5,577 nt of DNA from Enterobacteria phage ID11: sequence record KX266300. One strand, written 5' to 3'. Shown one piece after another: positions 1-5,577 of this stretch (its first letter is position 1; every line of letters starts with the position of its first letter). A program made the position numbers and the translations under genes. Under the pieces are notes generated by a model. The model saw nothing but the letters and a program-made list of their open reading frames with translations. It was not told where the DNA came from and did not search any database.

Positions 1-3
1 TGC

Positions 4-33
4 TTGACTAATACTCAATCACCACTCTAATAT
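4..33 (+). promoter_or_regulatory. Candidate sigma70 promoter upstream of A (P_A-like), in the H-A intergenic region
   Basis: -35 TTGACT at 4-9, an 18-nt spacer, and -10 TAATAT at 28-33 (4 of 6 to consensus). The predicted start near 40 would exclude the ATG at 32 and include the GGAGG SD and ATG 59. The weak -10 makes this tentative. Confidence 0.3.
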
Positions 34-58
34 GCCTCCCATCAAACGGAGGCTTTTC

Positions 59-1723
59 ATGTTTAAAACACATTCTGACTACTTTAATAAACCTAACATC
101 GACGCTATCAAACCTCTCGTCGAAACTGCTGGTATGTCTGTTCTTACTCAATCCCCAAACCTCCGTATCTGGAAACAGTGCAATACTCGCATTAAACTAC
201 TGGAAGAAATCCTTGCTCACTACACAAATGGTATTCGCCGTGACGACAATGGTGACTTCTGGATGAATCCCAACTCTCAACTCGCAACCACTATCGCCTA
301 TCGTGCCCACCACAAAGGCCATAACCCTAAATTCAAACAATATCCAGAATCCTTTACTCTGGATGACATTATTACTGGTAAACCAATCCCTCAATCTGCC
401 CCTGACGAATTACAACTCTCCGATGAAATCGGTGAAGACTATCGCCTTACAGTCCTCTCCATAATCGAAGAATTGCAAGAATGCTACGACGTGCTCGGAC
501 AACTTGATATTAATAACACTATAGACCACAAACCCCTCGGTAATGACCACTGGGACTTACTCTATGAAAAACCCGTTTACAAACACTGGTATCAACTCGT
601 ATCAAAACGACCCCTTAAAGATATCCGCGCCGATTACAACTATGCAAAGGCGAAGGGTGTTAAGGATGAATGCTCAAAAATCTTGGAGGAATCAACTATG
701 AAGTCTCGACGTGGCTTTACCGTTCAAAGATTAATGAATGCTATGCGTACTGCCCACACTCAGGGCTGGTATGTTGTATTCGATACTCTTACTCTAGCCG
801 ATGACCGCTTAAAGGATTTCTATGATAATCCCAATGCTCTCCGTGACTACTTTCGTGATATTGGTCGTATGGTGCTTACTGCCGAGGGTCGCTCGGTGCA
901 TGACTCATCTGCCGACTGCTATCAGTATTTTTGTGTGCCAGAGTATGGTACACAGCACGGTCGTCTACATTTCCACGCAGTGCATCTTATGCGCACACTT
1001 CCTTTGGGCTCTCTGGACCCTAACTTCGGTAAGTTGGTACGCACTAATCGGCAAATAAATAGCTTGCAAAACACGTGGCCTTATGGTTACTCTATGCCCA
1101 TCGCAGTCCGGTACTCCCAAGATGCATTCTCTCGCGCTGGCTGGCTCTGGCCTGTGGACTCAAAGGGTGAACCCCTTAAAGCTACCTCGTATATGGCTGT
1201 AGGCTTCTACGTTGCTAAATACGTTAACAAAAAATCAGATATTGACATGGCCGCAAAAGGCCTAGGGAATAAAGAATGGAACAATTCACTCAAAACCAAA
1301 ATCAACCTCATACCCAAGAAAGTGTTCAGAATACGAATGTCCCGCAATTTCGGAATGAAACTGCTATCAATGTCTCACCTGTCAGCGGAAACCCTGATGG
1401 AACTGACCCAAGTGGGTTACGACGTGACCCCGTTCAACAACATCTTGAAGCAGAACGCCAAGAAAGAGCTCAAATCGAGGCTGGCAAAGAAATCTGTCGC
1501 CGACGTTTTGGAGGCGCAACCTGTGACGACCAATCTGCTAAAATTCATGCGCAATTTGACCCGAACAATCGGAGCGTCCAGCCTACAGAGTTTTATCGCT
1601 TCAATGACCACGAAATTAACAAGTACGGATATTTCTGATGAAACCAAAAACTACGTTGCTGCTGCAGGAATTGCTGTTGCTAACTTACGAATTAAATCGA
1701 AGTGGACTGCTGGTGGAAAATGA
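59..1723 (+). CDS. A: Replication initiation protein A (HUH rolling-circle endonuclease), 554 aa
   Basis: Translation aligns along its whole length with phiX174/G4 protein A as I recall it. HUH motif HFHAVH is encoded at 968-985 and the paired catalytic tyrosines (YVAKYVNK) at 1208-1231. GGAGG Shine-Dalgarno at 48-52 sits 6 nt before ATG 59. The ORF-track start at 32 is an in-frame upstream ATG with no SD. TGA stop 1721-1723 overlaps the C start codon (ATGA). Confidence 0.92.
   Translation: MFKTHSDYFNKPNIDAIKPLVETAGMSVLTQSPNLRIWKQCNTRIKLLEEILAHYTNGIRRDDNGDFWMNPNSQLATTIAYRAHHKGHNPKFKQYPESFTLDDIITGKPIPQSAPDELQLSDEIGEDYRLTVLSIIEELQECYDVLGQLDINNTIDHKPLGNDHWDLLYEKPVYKHWYQLVSKRPLKDIRADYNYAKAKGVKDECSKILEESTMKSRRGFTVQRLMNAMRTAHTQGWYVVFDTLTLADDRLKDFYDNPNALRDYFRDIGRMVLTAEGRSVHDSSADCYQYFCVPEYGTQHGRLHFHAVHLMRTLPLGSLDPNFGKLVRTNRQINSLQNTWPYGYSMPIAVRYSQDAFSRAGWLWPVDSKGEPLKATSYMAVGFYVAKYVNKKSDIDMAAKGLGNKEWNNSLKTKINLIPKKVFRIRMSRNFGMKLLSMSHLSAETLMELTQVGYDVTPFNNILKQNAKKELKSRLAKKSVADVLEAQPVTTNLLKFMRNLTRTIGASSLQSFIASMTTKLTSTDISDETKNYVAAAGIAVANLRIKSKWTAGGK
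500..529 (+). other. Viral (+) strand origin of rolling-circle replication; predicted A-protein nick between G506 and A507
   Basis: Exact match to the 30-bp origin CAACTTGATATTAATAACACTATAGACCAC conserved among phiX174-like phages (from memory). It lies inside gene A and encodes [10 protein letters not shown]. The A protein is known to nick CAACTTG/ATATT. Confidence 0.9.
698..1723 (+). CDS. A*: Protein A* (N-terminally truncated A from an in-frame internal start), 341 aa
   Basis: In-frame ATG at 698 opens the sequence MKSRRGF, which is where phiX174 A* begins. A strong SD GGAGGA at 685-690 lies 7 nt upstream inside the A coding sequence. The length matches phiX174 A*. Expression is inferred, not shown by sequence. 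Confidence 0.55.
   Translation: MKSRRGFTVQRLMNAMRTAHTQGWYVVFDTLTLADDRLKDFYDNPNALRDYFRDIGRMVLTAEGRSVHDSSADCYQYFCVPEYGTQHGRLHFHAVHLMRTLPLGSLDPNFGKLVRTNRQINSLQNTWPYGYSMPIAVRYSQDAFSRAGWLWPVDSKGEPLKATSYMAVGFYVAKYVNKKSDIDMAAKGLGNKEWNNSLKTKINLIPKKVFRIRMSRNFGMKLLSMSHLSAETLMELTQVGYDVTPFNNILKQNAKKELKSRLAKKSVADVLEAQPVTTNLLKFMRNLTRTIGASSLQSFIASMTTKLTSTDISDETKNYVAAAGIAVANLRIKSKWTAGGK
1276..1638 (+). CDS. B: Internal scaffolding protein B, 120 aa
   Basis: Complete ORF nested inside A in another frame. Translation (MEQFTQNQ ... [15 protein letters not shown]) is clearly homologous to phiX174 B, including the conserved C-terminal FYRF..GYF. Weak SD AGGGA at 1264-1268. Confidence 0.9.
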   Translation: MEQFTQNQNQPHTQESVQNTNVPQFRNETAINVSPVSGNPDGTDPSGLRRDPVQQHLEAERQERAQIEAGKEICRRRFGGATCDDQSAKIHAQFDPNNRSVQPTEFYRFNDHEINKYGYF

Positions 1724-1808
1724 GGAAATTCAATCTCAACTTAAAAAACTCGAGGTCGTCTTACTTCGCAACCTTTCGCCATCATCTCAACGTGCTGGCA
1801 AAGACTGA
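1638..1808 (+). CDS. K: Protein K (non-essential burst-size modulator), 56 aa
   Basis: Not in the ORF track because it is under 60 aa. ATG 1638-1640 overlaps the B stop (TGATG at 1636-1640). Translation [56 protein letters not shown] resembles phiX174 K (shared [12 protein letters not shown] core). It spans the A/C junction in the third frame; stop TGA at 1806-1808. Confidence 0.8.
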   Translation: MKPKTTLLLQELLLLTYELNRSGLLVENEEIQSQLKKLEVVLLRNLSPSSQRAGKD

Positions 1809-1974
1809 CGCCCTTGACGAGGAAAAATACCTAAACATGCTAGGTGCTCTCCTTAAAGACTGGTTCCGGTACGAAGAACATTTCGTACATGGTAAACAAT
1901 CAATGCTTGACATACTGAAAGAACGTGGCCTATTATCCACATCGTCAACTGACACAAACCACAAAGGAAACTGA
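1720..1974 (+). CDS. C: Protein C (ssDNA synthesis and packaging switch), 84 aa
   Basis: ATG 1720-1722 overlaps the A stop TGA 1721-1723. Translation [42 protein letters not shown]... is near-identical in pattern to phiX174 C. The track ORF at 1702 is only an upstream extension to a GTG. Confidence 0.9.
   Translation: MRKFNLNLKNSRSSYFATFRHHLNVLAKTDALDEEKYLNMLGALLKDWFRYEEHFVHGKQSMLDILKERGLLSTSSTDTNHKGN
1907..1936 (+). promoter_or_regulatory. Candidate sigma70 promoter upstream of D (P_D-like)
   Basis: Perfect -35 TTGACA at 1907-1912, an 18-nt spacer, and -10 TATTAT at 1931-1936. The predicted start is about 1943-1945, roughly 30 nt before the D SD and ATG. Position inside C matches the known P_D arrangement in phiX174. 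Confidence 0.45.
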
Positions 1975-1975
1975 A

Positions 1976-2434
1976 ATGTCTAAATCAAACGAATCTGCTG
2001 TAGCCTTTCAAACCGCTATTGCTTCTATCAAACTTATTCAAGCCTCTTCTGTTCTTGACCTGACAGAGGACGACTTTGACTTCTTAACTCGCGACCGTGT
2101 CTGGATTGCTACCGACCGCTCACGCGCTCGCCGTGCTATCGAGGCCTGCGTATATGGAACACTGGACTTTGTCGGGTATCCTCGCTTTCCTGCTCCTGTT
2201 GAGTTTATTGCTGCCGTCATTGCTTATTATGTTCATCCCGTTAACATTCAAACCGCCTGCCTCATCATGGAAGGCGCTGAGTTTACCGAAAACATCGTCA
2301 ATGGTGTTGAACGCCCAGTTAAAGCCTCTGAACTGTTCGCCTTCACTCTTCTCGTTCGCGGCGGAAACAAAGATCTTATCGGTCACGCTGAAACAAACAT
2401 CCGTGAACAATTACGTGCTCAAGGTGTTATGTAA
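1976..2434 (+). CDS. D: External scaffolding protein D, 152 aa
   Basis: Translation from MSKSNESAVAFQTAIASIKLIQAS... is highly similar to phiX174 D over its full length. SD AAGGA at 1964-1968 lies 7 nt before the ATG. Start is 1 nt after the C stop (TGAAATG). The track ORF start at 1925 is an upstream in-frame extension. Confidence 0.95.
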   Translation: MSKSNESAVAFQTAIASIKLIQASSVLDLTEDDFDFLTRDRVWIATDRSRARRAIEACVYGTLDFVGYPRFPAPVEFIAAVIAYYVHPVNIQTACLIMEGAEFTENIVNGVERPVKASELFAFTLLVRGGNKDLIGHAETNIREQLRAQGVM

Positions 2435-2444
2435 AGACCTCTGA
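2154..2444 (+). CDS. E: Lysis protein E (single-gene lysis, MraY inhibitor family), 96 aa
   Basis: Nested in D in the +1 frame. N-terminal hydrophobic helix MEHWTLSGILAFLLLLSLLLPSLLIMFIPLTF carries the conserved Pro21, followed by a basic C-terminal region, as in phiX174 E. Stop TGA at 2442-2444 is 10 nt past the D stop. The track ORF begins at an upstream GTG (2097). Confidence 0.85.
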   Translation: MEHWTLSGILAFLLLLSLLLPSLLIMFIPLTFKPPASSWKALSLPKTSSMVLNAQLKPLNCSPSLFSFAAETKILSVTLKQTSVNNYVLKVLCKDL

Positions 2445-2476
2445 TCTTATCGTCTTCACTTTTAAGGAGTTATGTA

Positions 2477-2554
2477 ATGAAAAAATCAATTCGCCGATCT
2501 GGTGGTAAATCCAAAGGTGCCCGTCTCTGGTATGTAGGCGGAACGCAATACTAA
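2477..2554 (+). CDS. J: Small basic DNA-binding/packaging protein J, 25 aa
   Basis: Not in the ORF track (short). Translation MKKSIRRSGGKSKGARLWYVGGTQY is basic and shares the C-terminal RLWYVGG motif with phiX174 J. The 25-aa length is G4-type (phiX174 J is 38 aa). SD AAGGAG at 2464-2469 lies 7 nt before the ATG. Confidence 0.9.
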   Translation: MKKSIRRSGGKSKGARLWYVGGTQY

Positions 2555-2562
2555 TTACTTAT

Positions 2563-2587
2563 GTGGGACCGCGGTCCTACTCTATTT
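2563..2587 (+). terminator. Candidate weak intrinsic terminator or mRNA-stabilising hairpin in the J-F spacer
   Basis: GC-rich palindrome GTGGGAC-CGCG-GTCCTAC (7-bp stem 2563-2569/2574-2580, 4-nt loop) followed by TCTATTT. It lies between the J stop (2554) and the F SD (2588). phiX-type phages are known to have leaky terminators after J, F, G and H. Confidence 0.3.
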
Positions 2588-2599
2588 AAGGATACAAAA

Positions 2600-3883
2600 A
2601 TGTCTAACGTTCAAGCTTCTGCGGACCGTGTACCTCATGACTTATCTCACCTTGTCTTTGAGGCTGGTAAAATCGGTCGCCTCAAAACTATCTCTTGGAC
2701 GCCTGTTGTTGCTGGTGACTCTTTCGAGTGTGATATGGTTGGCGCTATTCGCCTTTCCCCTCTTCGTCGCGGCCTCGCTGTTGACTCACGTGTTGACGTC
2801 TTTTCTTTCTACATTCCACACCGTCATATCTACGGTCAGCAATGGATTGACTTTATGAAGGATGGCATTAATGCCGCTCCCCTTCCTCCTGTCACATGCT
2901 CTTCTGGTTGGGATGCTGCCGCTTATCTCGGTACTATTCCGTCCTCTAACCTTAAAGTGCCTAAATTCTTACATCAGGGCTATCTGAATATTTATAATAA
3001 CTACTTCAAACCGCCTTGGTCTGATGACTTAACTTACGCTAACCCATCCAATATGCCTTCTGAGGATTATAAATGGGGCGTACGTGTCGCTAACCTGAAA
3101 TCTATCTGGACTGCGCCACTTCCACCGGATACCCGTACATCTGAAAACATGACTACTGGTACATCCACTATTGACATTATGGGCCTTCAAGCCGCATACG
3201 CTAAATTACATACGGAACAGGAACGTGATTACTTCATGACCCGTTACCGTGACATTATGAAAGAGTTCGGCGGTCATACATCCTATGATGGTGACAATCG
3301 TCCTCTTCTGCTCATGCGTTCTGAGTTCTGGGCCTCTGGCTATGACGTAGACGGTACTGACCAATCTTCTCTCGGTCAATTCTCTGGTCGCGTTCAGCAG
3401 ACCTTTAATCACAAAGTGCCACGCTTCTATGTTCCTGAGCATGGCGTAATTATGACTCTGGCGGTTACTCGCTTCCCGCCTACTCATGAAATGGAAATGC
3501 ACTATCTTGTAGGCAAGGAAAATTTAACCTATACCGATATTGCTTGTGACCCTGCACTGATGGCCAACCTGCCACCGCGTGAAGTGTCCTTAAAAGAATT
3601 CTTCCACTCATCACCCGATTCTGCTAAATTCAAAATCGCTGAGGGCCAATGGTATCGTACACAGCCTGACCGTGTCGCTTTCCCATATAATGCTCTGGAT
3701 GGATTCCCGTTCTACTCTGCTCTCCCGTCCACGAAACTAAAAGACCGTGTACTGGTTAACACTGATAACTACGATGAAATCTTCCAGTCTATGCAGCTTG
3801 CACACTGGAATATGCAAACTAAATTTAACATTAACGTTTATCGTCACATGCCTACGACTCGTGACTCAATCATGACCTCGTAA
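2600..3883 (+). CDS. F: Major capsid protein F, 427 aa
   Basis: Translation from MSNVQASADRVPHDLSHL... aligns with phiX174 F throughout (for example GDSFE, LRLSPLRRGLA, YLNIYNNYFK, IWTAPLPP, IDIMGLQAAYA, DGTDQSSLGQFSGRVQQT, LPTTRDSIMTS). SD AAGGA at 2588-2592 lies 7 nt before ATG 2600. The track ORF start at 2561 is an upstream extension. Confidence 0.95.
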   Translation: MSNVQASADRVPHDLSHLVFEAGKIGRLKTISWTPVVAGDSFECDMVGAIRLSPLRRGLAVDSRVDVFSFYIPHRHIYGQQWIDFMKDGINAAPLPPVTCSSGWDAAAYLGTIPSSNLKVPKFLHQGYLNIYNNYFKPPWSDDLTYANPSNMPSEDYKWGVRVANLKSIWTAPLPPDTRTSENMTTGTSTIDIMGLQAAYAKLHTEQERDYFMTRYRDIMKEFGGHTSYDGDNRPLLLMRSEFWASGYDVDGTDQSSLGQFSGRVQQTFNHKVPRFYVPEHGVIMTLAVTRFPPTHEMEMHYLVGKENLTYTDIACDPALMANLPPREVSLKEFFHSSPDSAKFKIAEGQWYRTQPDRVAFPYNALDGFPFYSALPSTKLKDRVLVNTDNYDEIFQSMQLAHWNMQTKFNINVYRHMPTTRDSIMTS

Positions 3884-3892
3884 CGCAACAAA

Positions 3893-3998
3893 GGCCGCCC
3901 CTCTACTGGTCAGATACCTGCCCAATGTGGGGCGGACCGTGCCTACGGAGACACCCGAGTCTCCGATACATGGACGGCGAAAGCCGCCGTCCCTACTG
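3893..3998 (+). other. Complementary (-) strand origin, G4-type: three stem-loops plus a CTG primase start site in the F-G intergenic region
   Basis: The 136-nt F-G spacer (3884-4019) holds three hairpins readable from the sequence: 3893-3901/3929-3938 (9 bp with one bulged A, 27-nt loop), 3946-3952/3959-3965 (7 bp, 6-nt loop) and 3972-3979/3985-3992 (8 bp, 5-nt loop). CTG at 3996-3998 follows the last hairpin. The reverse complement of 3972-3997 is AGUAGGGACGGCGGCUUUCGCCGUCC, which matches my recollection of the G4 primer RNA 5' end. Confidence 0.7.
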
Positions 3999-4019
3999 CA
4001 AAGCCAAAAGGACTAACAT

Positions 4020-4553
4020 ATGTTCCAGAAATTCATTTCTAAGCACAATGCTCCAATTAACTCTACTCAGCTTGCTGCTACTAAAACCCCGGCTGTCACG
4101 GCACCTGTTTTATCTGTGCCTGACTTAAGCCGCTCTACTATTCAAATCAATGCAACAACCACAGCCGTTACAACTCATTCAGGCTTGTGCCATGTTGTTC
4201 GCATTGATGAAACAAACCCAACAAATCATCACGCTCTATCTATTGCAGGTTCGTTGTCAAACGTCCCTGCTGATATGATTGCTTTTGCCATTCGTTTTGA
4301 GGTCGCTGATGGCGTCGTTCCTACTGCCGTTCCGGCCTTATACGACGTCTATCCAATCGAAACCTTCAATAACGGCAAAGCAATCTCATTTAAAGATGCT
4401 GTTACCATCGACTCACATCCCCGCACCGTCGGTAACGACGTTTATGCGGGAATTATGCTCTGGTCTAACGCTTGGACCGCCTCTACTATCTCTGGCGTCC
4501 TCTCTGTTAATCAGGTAAACCGTGAAGCAACCGTCCTTCAACCTCTGAAATAA
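4020..4553 (+). CDS. G: Major spike protein G, 177 aa
   Basis: N-terminus [10 protein letters not shown] and C-terminus ...[18 protein letters not shown] match phiX174 G (MFQTFISRHN ... LQPLK). The interior is divergent but collinear, as expected for the host-range spike. SD AAGGA at 4008-4012 lies 7 nt before the ATG. Confidence 0.92.
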   Translation: MFQKFISKHNAPINSTQLAATKTPAVTAPVLSVPDLSRSTIQINATTTAVTTHSGLCHVVRIDETNPTNHHALSIAGSLSNVPADMIAFAIRFEVADGVVPTAVPALYDVYPIETFNNGKAISFKDAVTIDSHPRTVGNDVYAGIMLWSNAWTASTISGVLSVNQVNREATVLQPLK

Positions 4554-4563
4554 GGATTATCCT

Positions 4564-5577
4564 ATGTTTGGCGCTATCGCTGGCGGTATCGCCTCCGCAC
4601 TTGCCGGAGGCCTTACGGGTAAATTATTTGGCGGCGGTCAGTCCGCCAACTCTACCGGAATCCAAGGCAACGTCCTTGCTTCCGACAACAATGTTGTAGG
4701 TGCTAATGATGCTGGTATTAAATCTGCTATTCAGGGCTCTACTGTCCCTAACTCTCAGGAAGCTGCCCCCTCTGCTATCTCTGGTATCCTTGCCGACACT
4801 GGCAAGCATGCGCTCTCGTCTCTTACCAATGCTGGTACAAATAAACTTATGGAAGCTGTCGGCCTTTCTAAATCTGCCTCTGACAAGGGCAAAGACACAA
4901 AAGACTATCTCGCCTCCGCATTCCCCGAGCTCAACCCATGGGAACGTGCTGGCGCTGGTGCTTCTGGTGCAGGCATGCAAGATGCTGGTTTCCAAAATCA
5001 GAAAGAGCTAACCAAAATGCAGCTTGACAACCAAAAGGAAATCGCTAAGATGCAAAACGAAACTCAGAAGGAAATCGCTGGGCTTCAATCTGTTACATCA
5101 CGCGAAAATACTAAGGATACTGTCTATGCTCAAAATGAAATGCTCGCGTATAACCAAAAAGAGTCTATGTCACGCGTTGGCGCTATTCTCGAAAACACAA
5201 GCCTCACCAAACAACAACAAACTTCTGAAATTATGCGGCAAATGCTTACTCAGGCTCAAACCGCAGGTCAATATTTTACAAATGACCAAATCAAGGAGCT
5301 TACGAGAAAAGTTGGTGCTGATATTGATGCTGTTCGCGCTAACACTGCACGCACCTATGTAGAAACCGACCGCTCAAAACAGGAAGTACAAAACTCCCGT
5401 TATGCCTCTTCTCAGGTAGGCAAAACCGCTAAGGACGTGTCCAATGCAGTTACTGATACAGCTAGTTCTATTGTTGATTATTTTCGTGGTGTTGATCAAA
5501 AAGTGGCAGACGTTTACAACAACTATTTCAAAGATGGCAAATCGAAAGGAATAGAATCCAATCACCGCTCCAAATAA
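4564..5577 (+). CDS. H: Minor spike / DNA pilot protein H, 337 aa
   Basis: Gly-rich hydrophobic N-terminus [16 protein letters not shown], a central region [27 protein letters not shown] and the segment [22 protein letters not shown] are near-identical to phiX174 H. SD AAGGA at 4552-4556 lies 7 nt before the ATG. The stop is the last codon of the window. Confidence 0.93.
   Translation: MFGAIAGGIASALAGGLTGKLFGGGQSANSTGIQGNVLASDNNVVGANDAGIKSAIQGSTVPNSQEAAPSAISGILADTGKHALSSLTNAGTNKLMEAVGLSKSASDKGKDTKDYLASAFPELNPWERAGAGASGAGMQDAGFQNQKELTKMQLDNQKEIAKMQNETQKEIAGLQSVTSRENTKDTVYAQNEMLAYNQKESMSRVGAILENTSLTKQQQTSEIMRQMLTQAQTAGQYFTNDQIKELTRKVGADIDAVRANTARTYVETDRSKQEVQNSRYASSQVGKTAKDVSNAVTDTASSIVDYFRGVDQKVADVYNNYFKDGKSKGIESNHRSK

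Noticed and set aside
1242-1247. Perfect TTGACA -35 hexamer about 30 nt upstream of the B start as a B promoter
   Set aside because: No acceptable -10 hexamer lies 16-19 nt downstream (only GGGAAT/GAATAA-like sequence), and a start there would fall at or after the B ATG. The B promoter known in phiX174 lies further upstream, so this is probably a chance hexamer.
1702-2599. Longer ORF-track starts for C (GTG 1702), D (ATG 1925), E (GTG 2097) and F (ATG 2561)
   Set aside because: In each case a downstream ATG has a properly spaced SD and gives an N-terminus matching the phiX174 homologue (MRKF.., MSKSNE.., MEHW.., MSNVQ..). The upstream extensions are read-through of the preceding sequence.
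4553-4563. Short palindrome AGGAT-T-ATCCT in the 10-nt G-H spacer as a terminator or regulatory hairpin
   Set aside because: Too short, with a 1-nt loop, to form a stable RNA hairpin. It is more simply the H Shine-Dalgarno (AAGGA) overlapping the G stop.
822-5362. Alternative-frame + strand ORFs (822-1058, 2628-2858, 3925-4128, 4279-4518, 4700-5011, 5024-5362) as additional overlapping genes
   Set aside because: They sit inside A, F, G or H in other frames with no SD and hydrophobic or low-complexity translations, and correspond to no known microvirus gene. Overprinting is real in this family (B, K, E), so they are not impossible, but nothing in the sequence supports them.
197-5565. All eight minus-strand ORFs in the track (197-394, 1417-1647, 1782-1964, 2038-2220, 2120-2410, 3206-3502, 4624-4995, 5374-5565) as possible antisense genes
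   Set aside because: Each lies antisense to a well-supported canonical microvirus gene, none has a recognisable SD, and their translations are low-complexity or unfamiliar. Microviruses of this group transcribe only one strand. They are most likely chance ORFs.
1-5577. CRISPR arrays, tRNA or other RNA genes, IS elements, integrase or att sites, toxin-antitoxin or defence and anti-defence modules
   Set aside because: No spaced direct-repeat array, no tRNA-like cloverleaf candidates, no terminal inverted repeats, and every long ORF is accounted for by a canonical microvirus protein.
1-5577. The suggestion that the window contains a previously undescribed biological system
   Set aside because: Gene content, order, overlaps and both replication origins match the long-studied phiX174/G4 group. 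I could not identify any element unexplained by that model; divergence from reference G4 can only be quantified with an alignment I cannot run here.

Overview
This 5,577-nt window appears to be a complete circular genome of a G4-like microvirus (Microviridae, Bullavirinae; the phiX174/G4 group of ssDNA coliphages), linearised immediately after the H stop codon. All eleven canonical genes sit on the + strand in the canonical order A(A*)-B-K-C-D(E)-J-F-G-H, with the textbook nested and overlapping reading frames. The conserved 30-bp viral-strand origin lies inside gene A, and the F-G intergenic region carries three hairpins typical of a G4-type primase-dependent complementary-strand origin. I recognise the proteins by direct similarity to phiX174/G4 proteins from memory; no search was run. 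I do not see a previously undescribed system: this is one of the best-characterised genomes known, and every long ORF is explained by a canonical microvirus gene. The findings below are the points where a second look or a comparison to reference G4 would be informative (start-codon choice for A, promoter and terminator candidates, origin structure, a coiled-coil repeat in H). All minus-strand ORFs and the alternative-frame + strand ORFs in the track are judged spurious.
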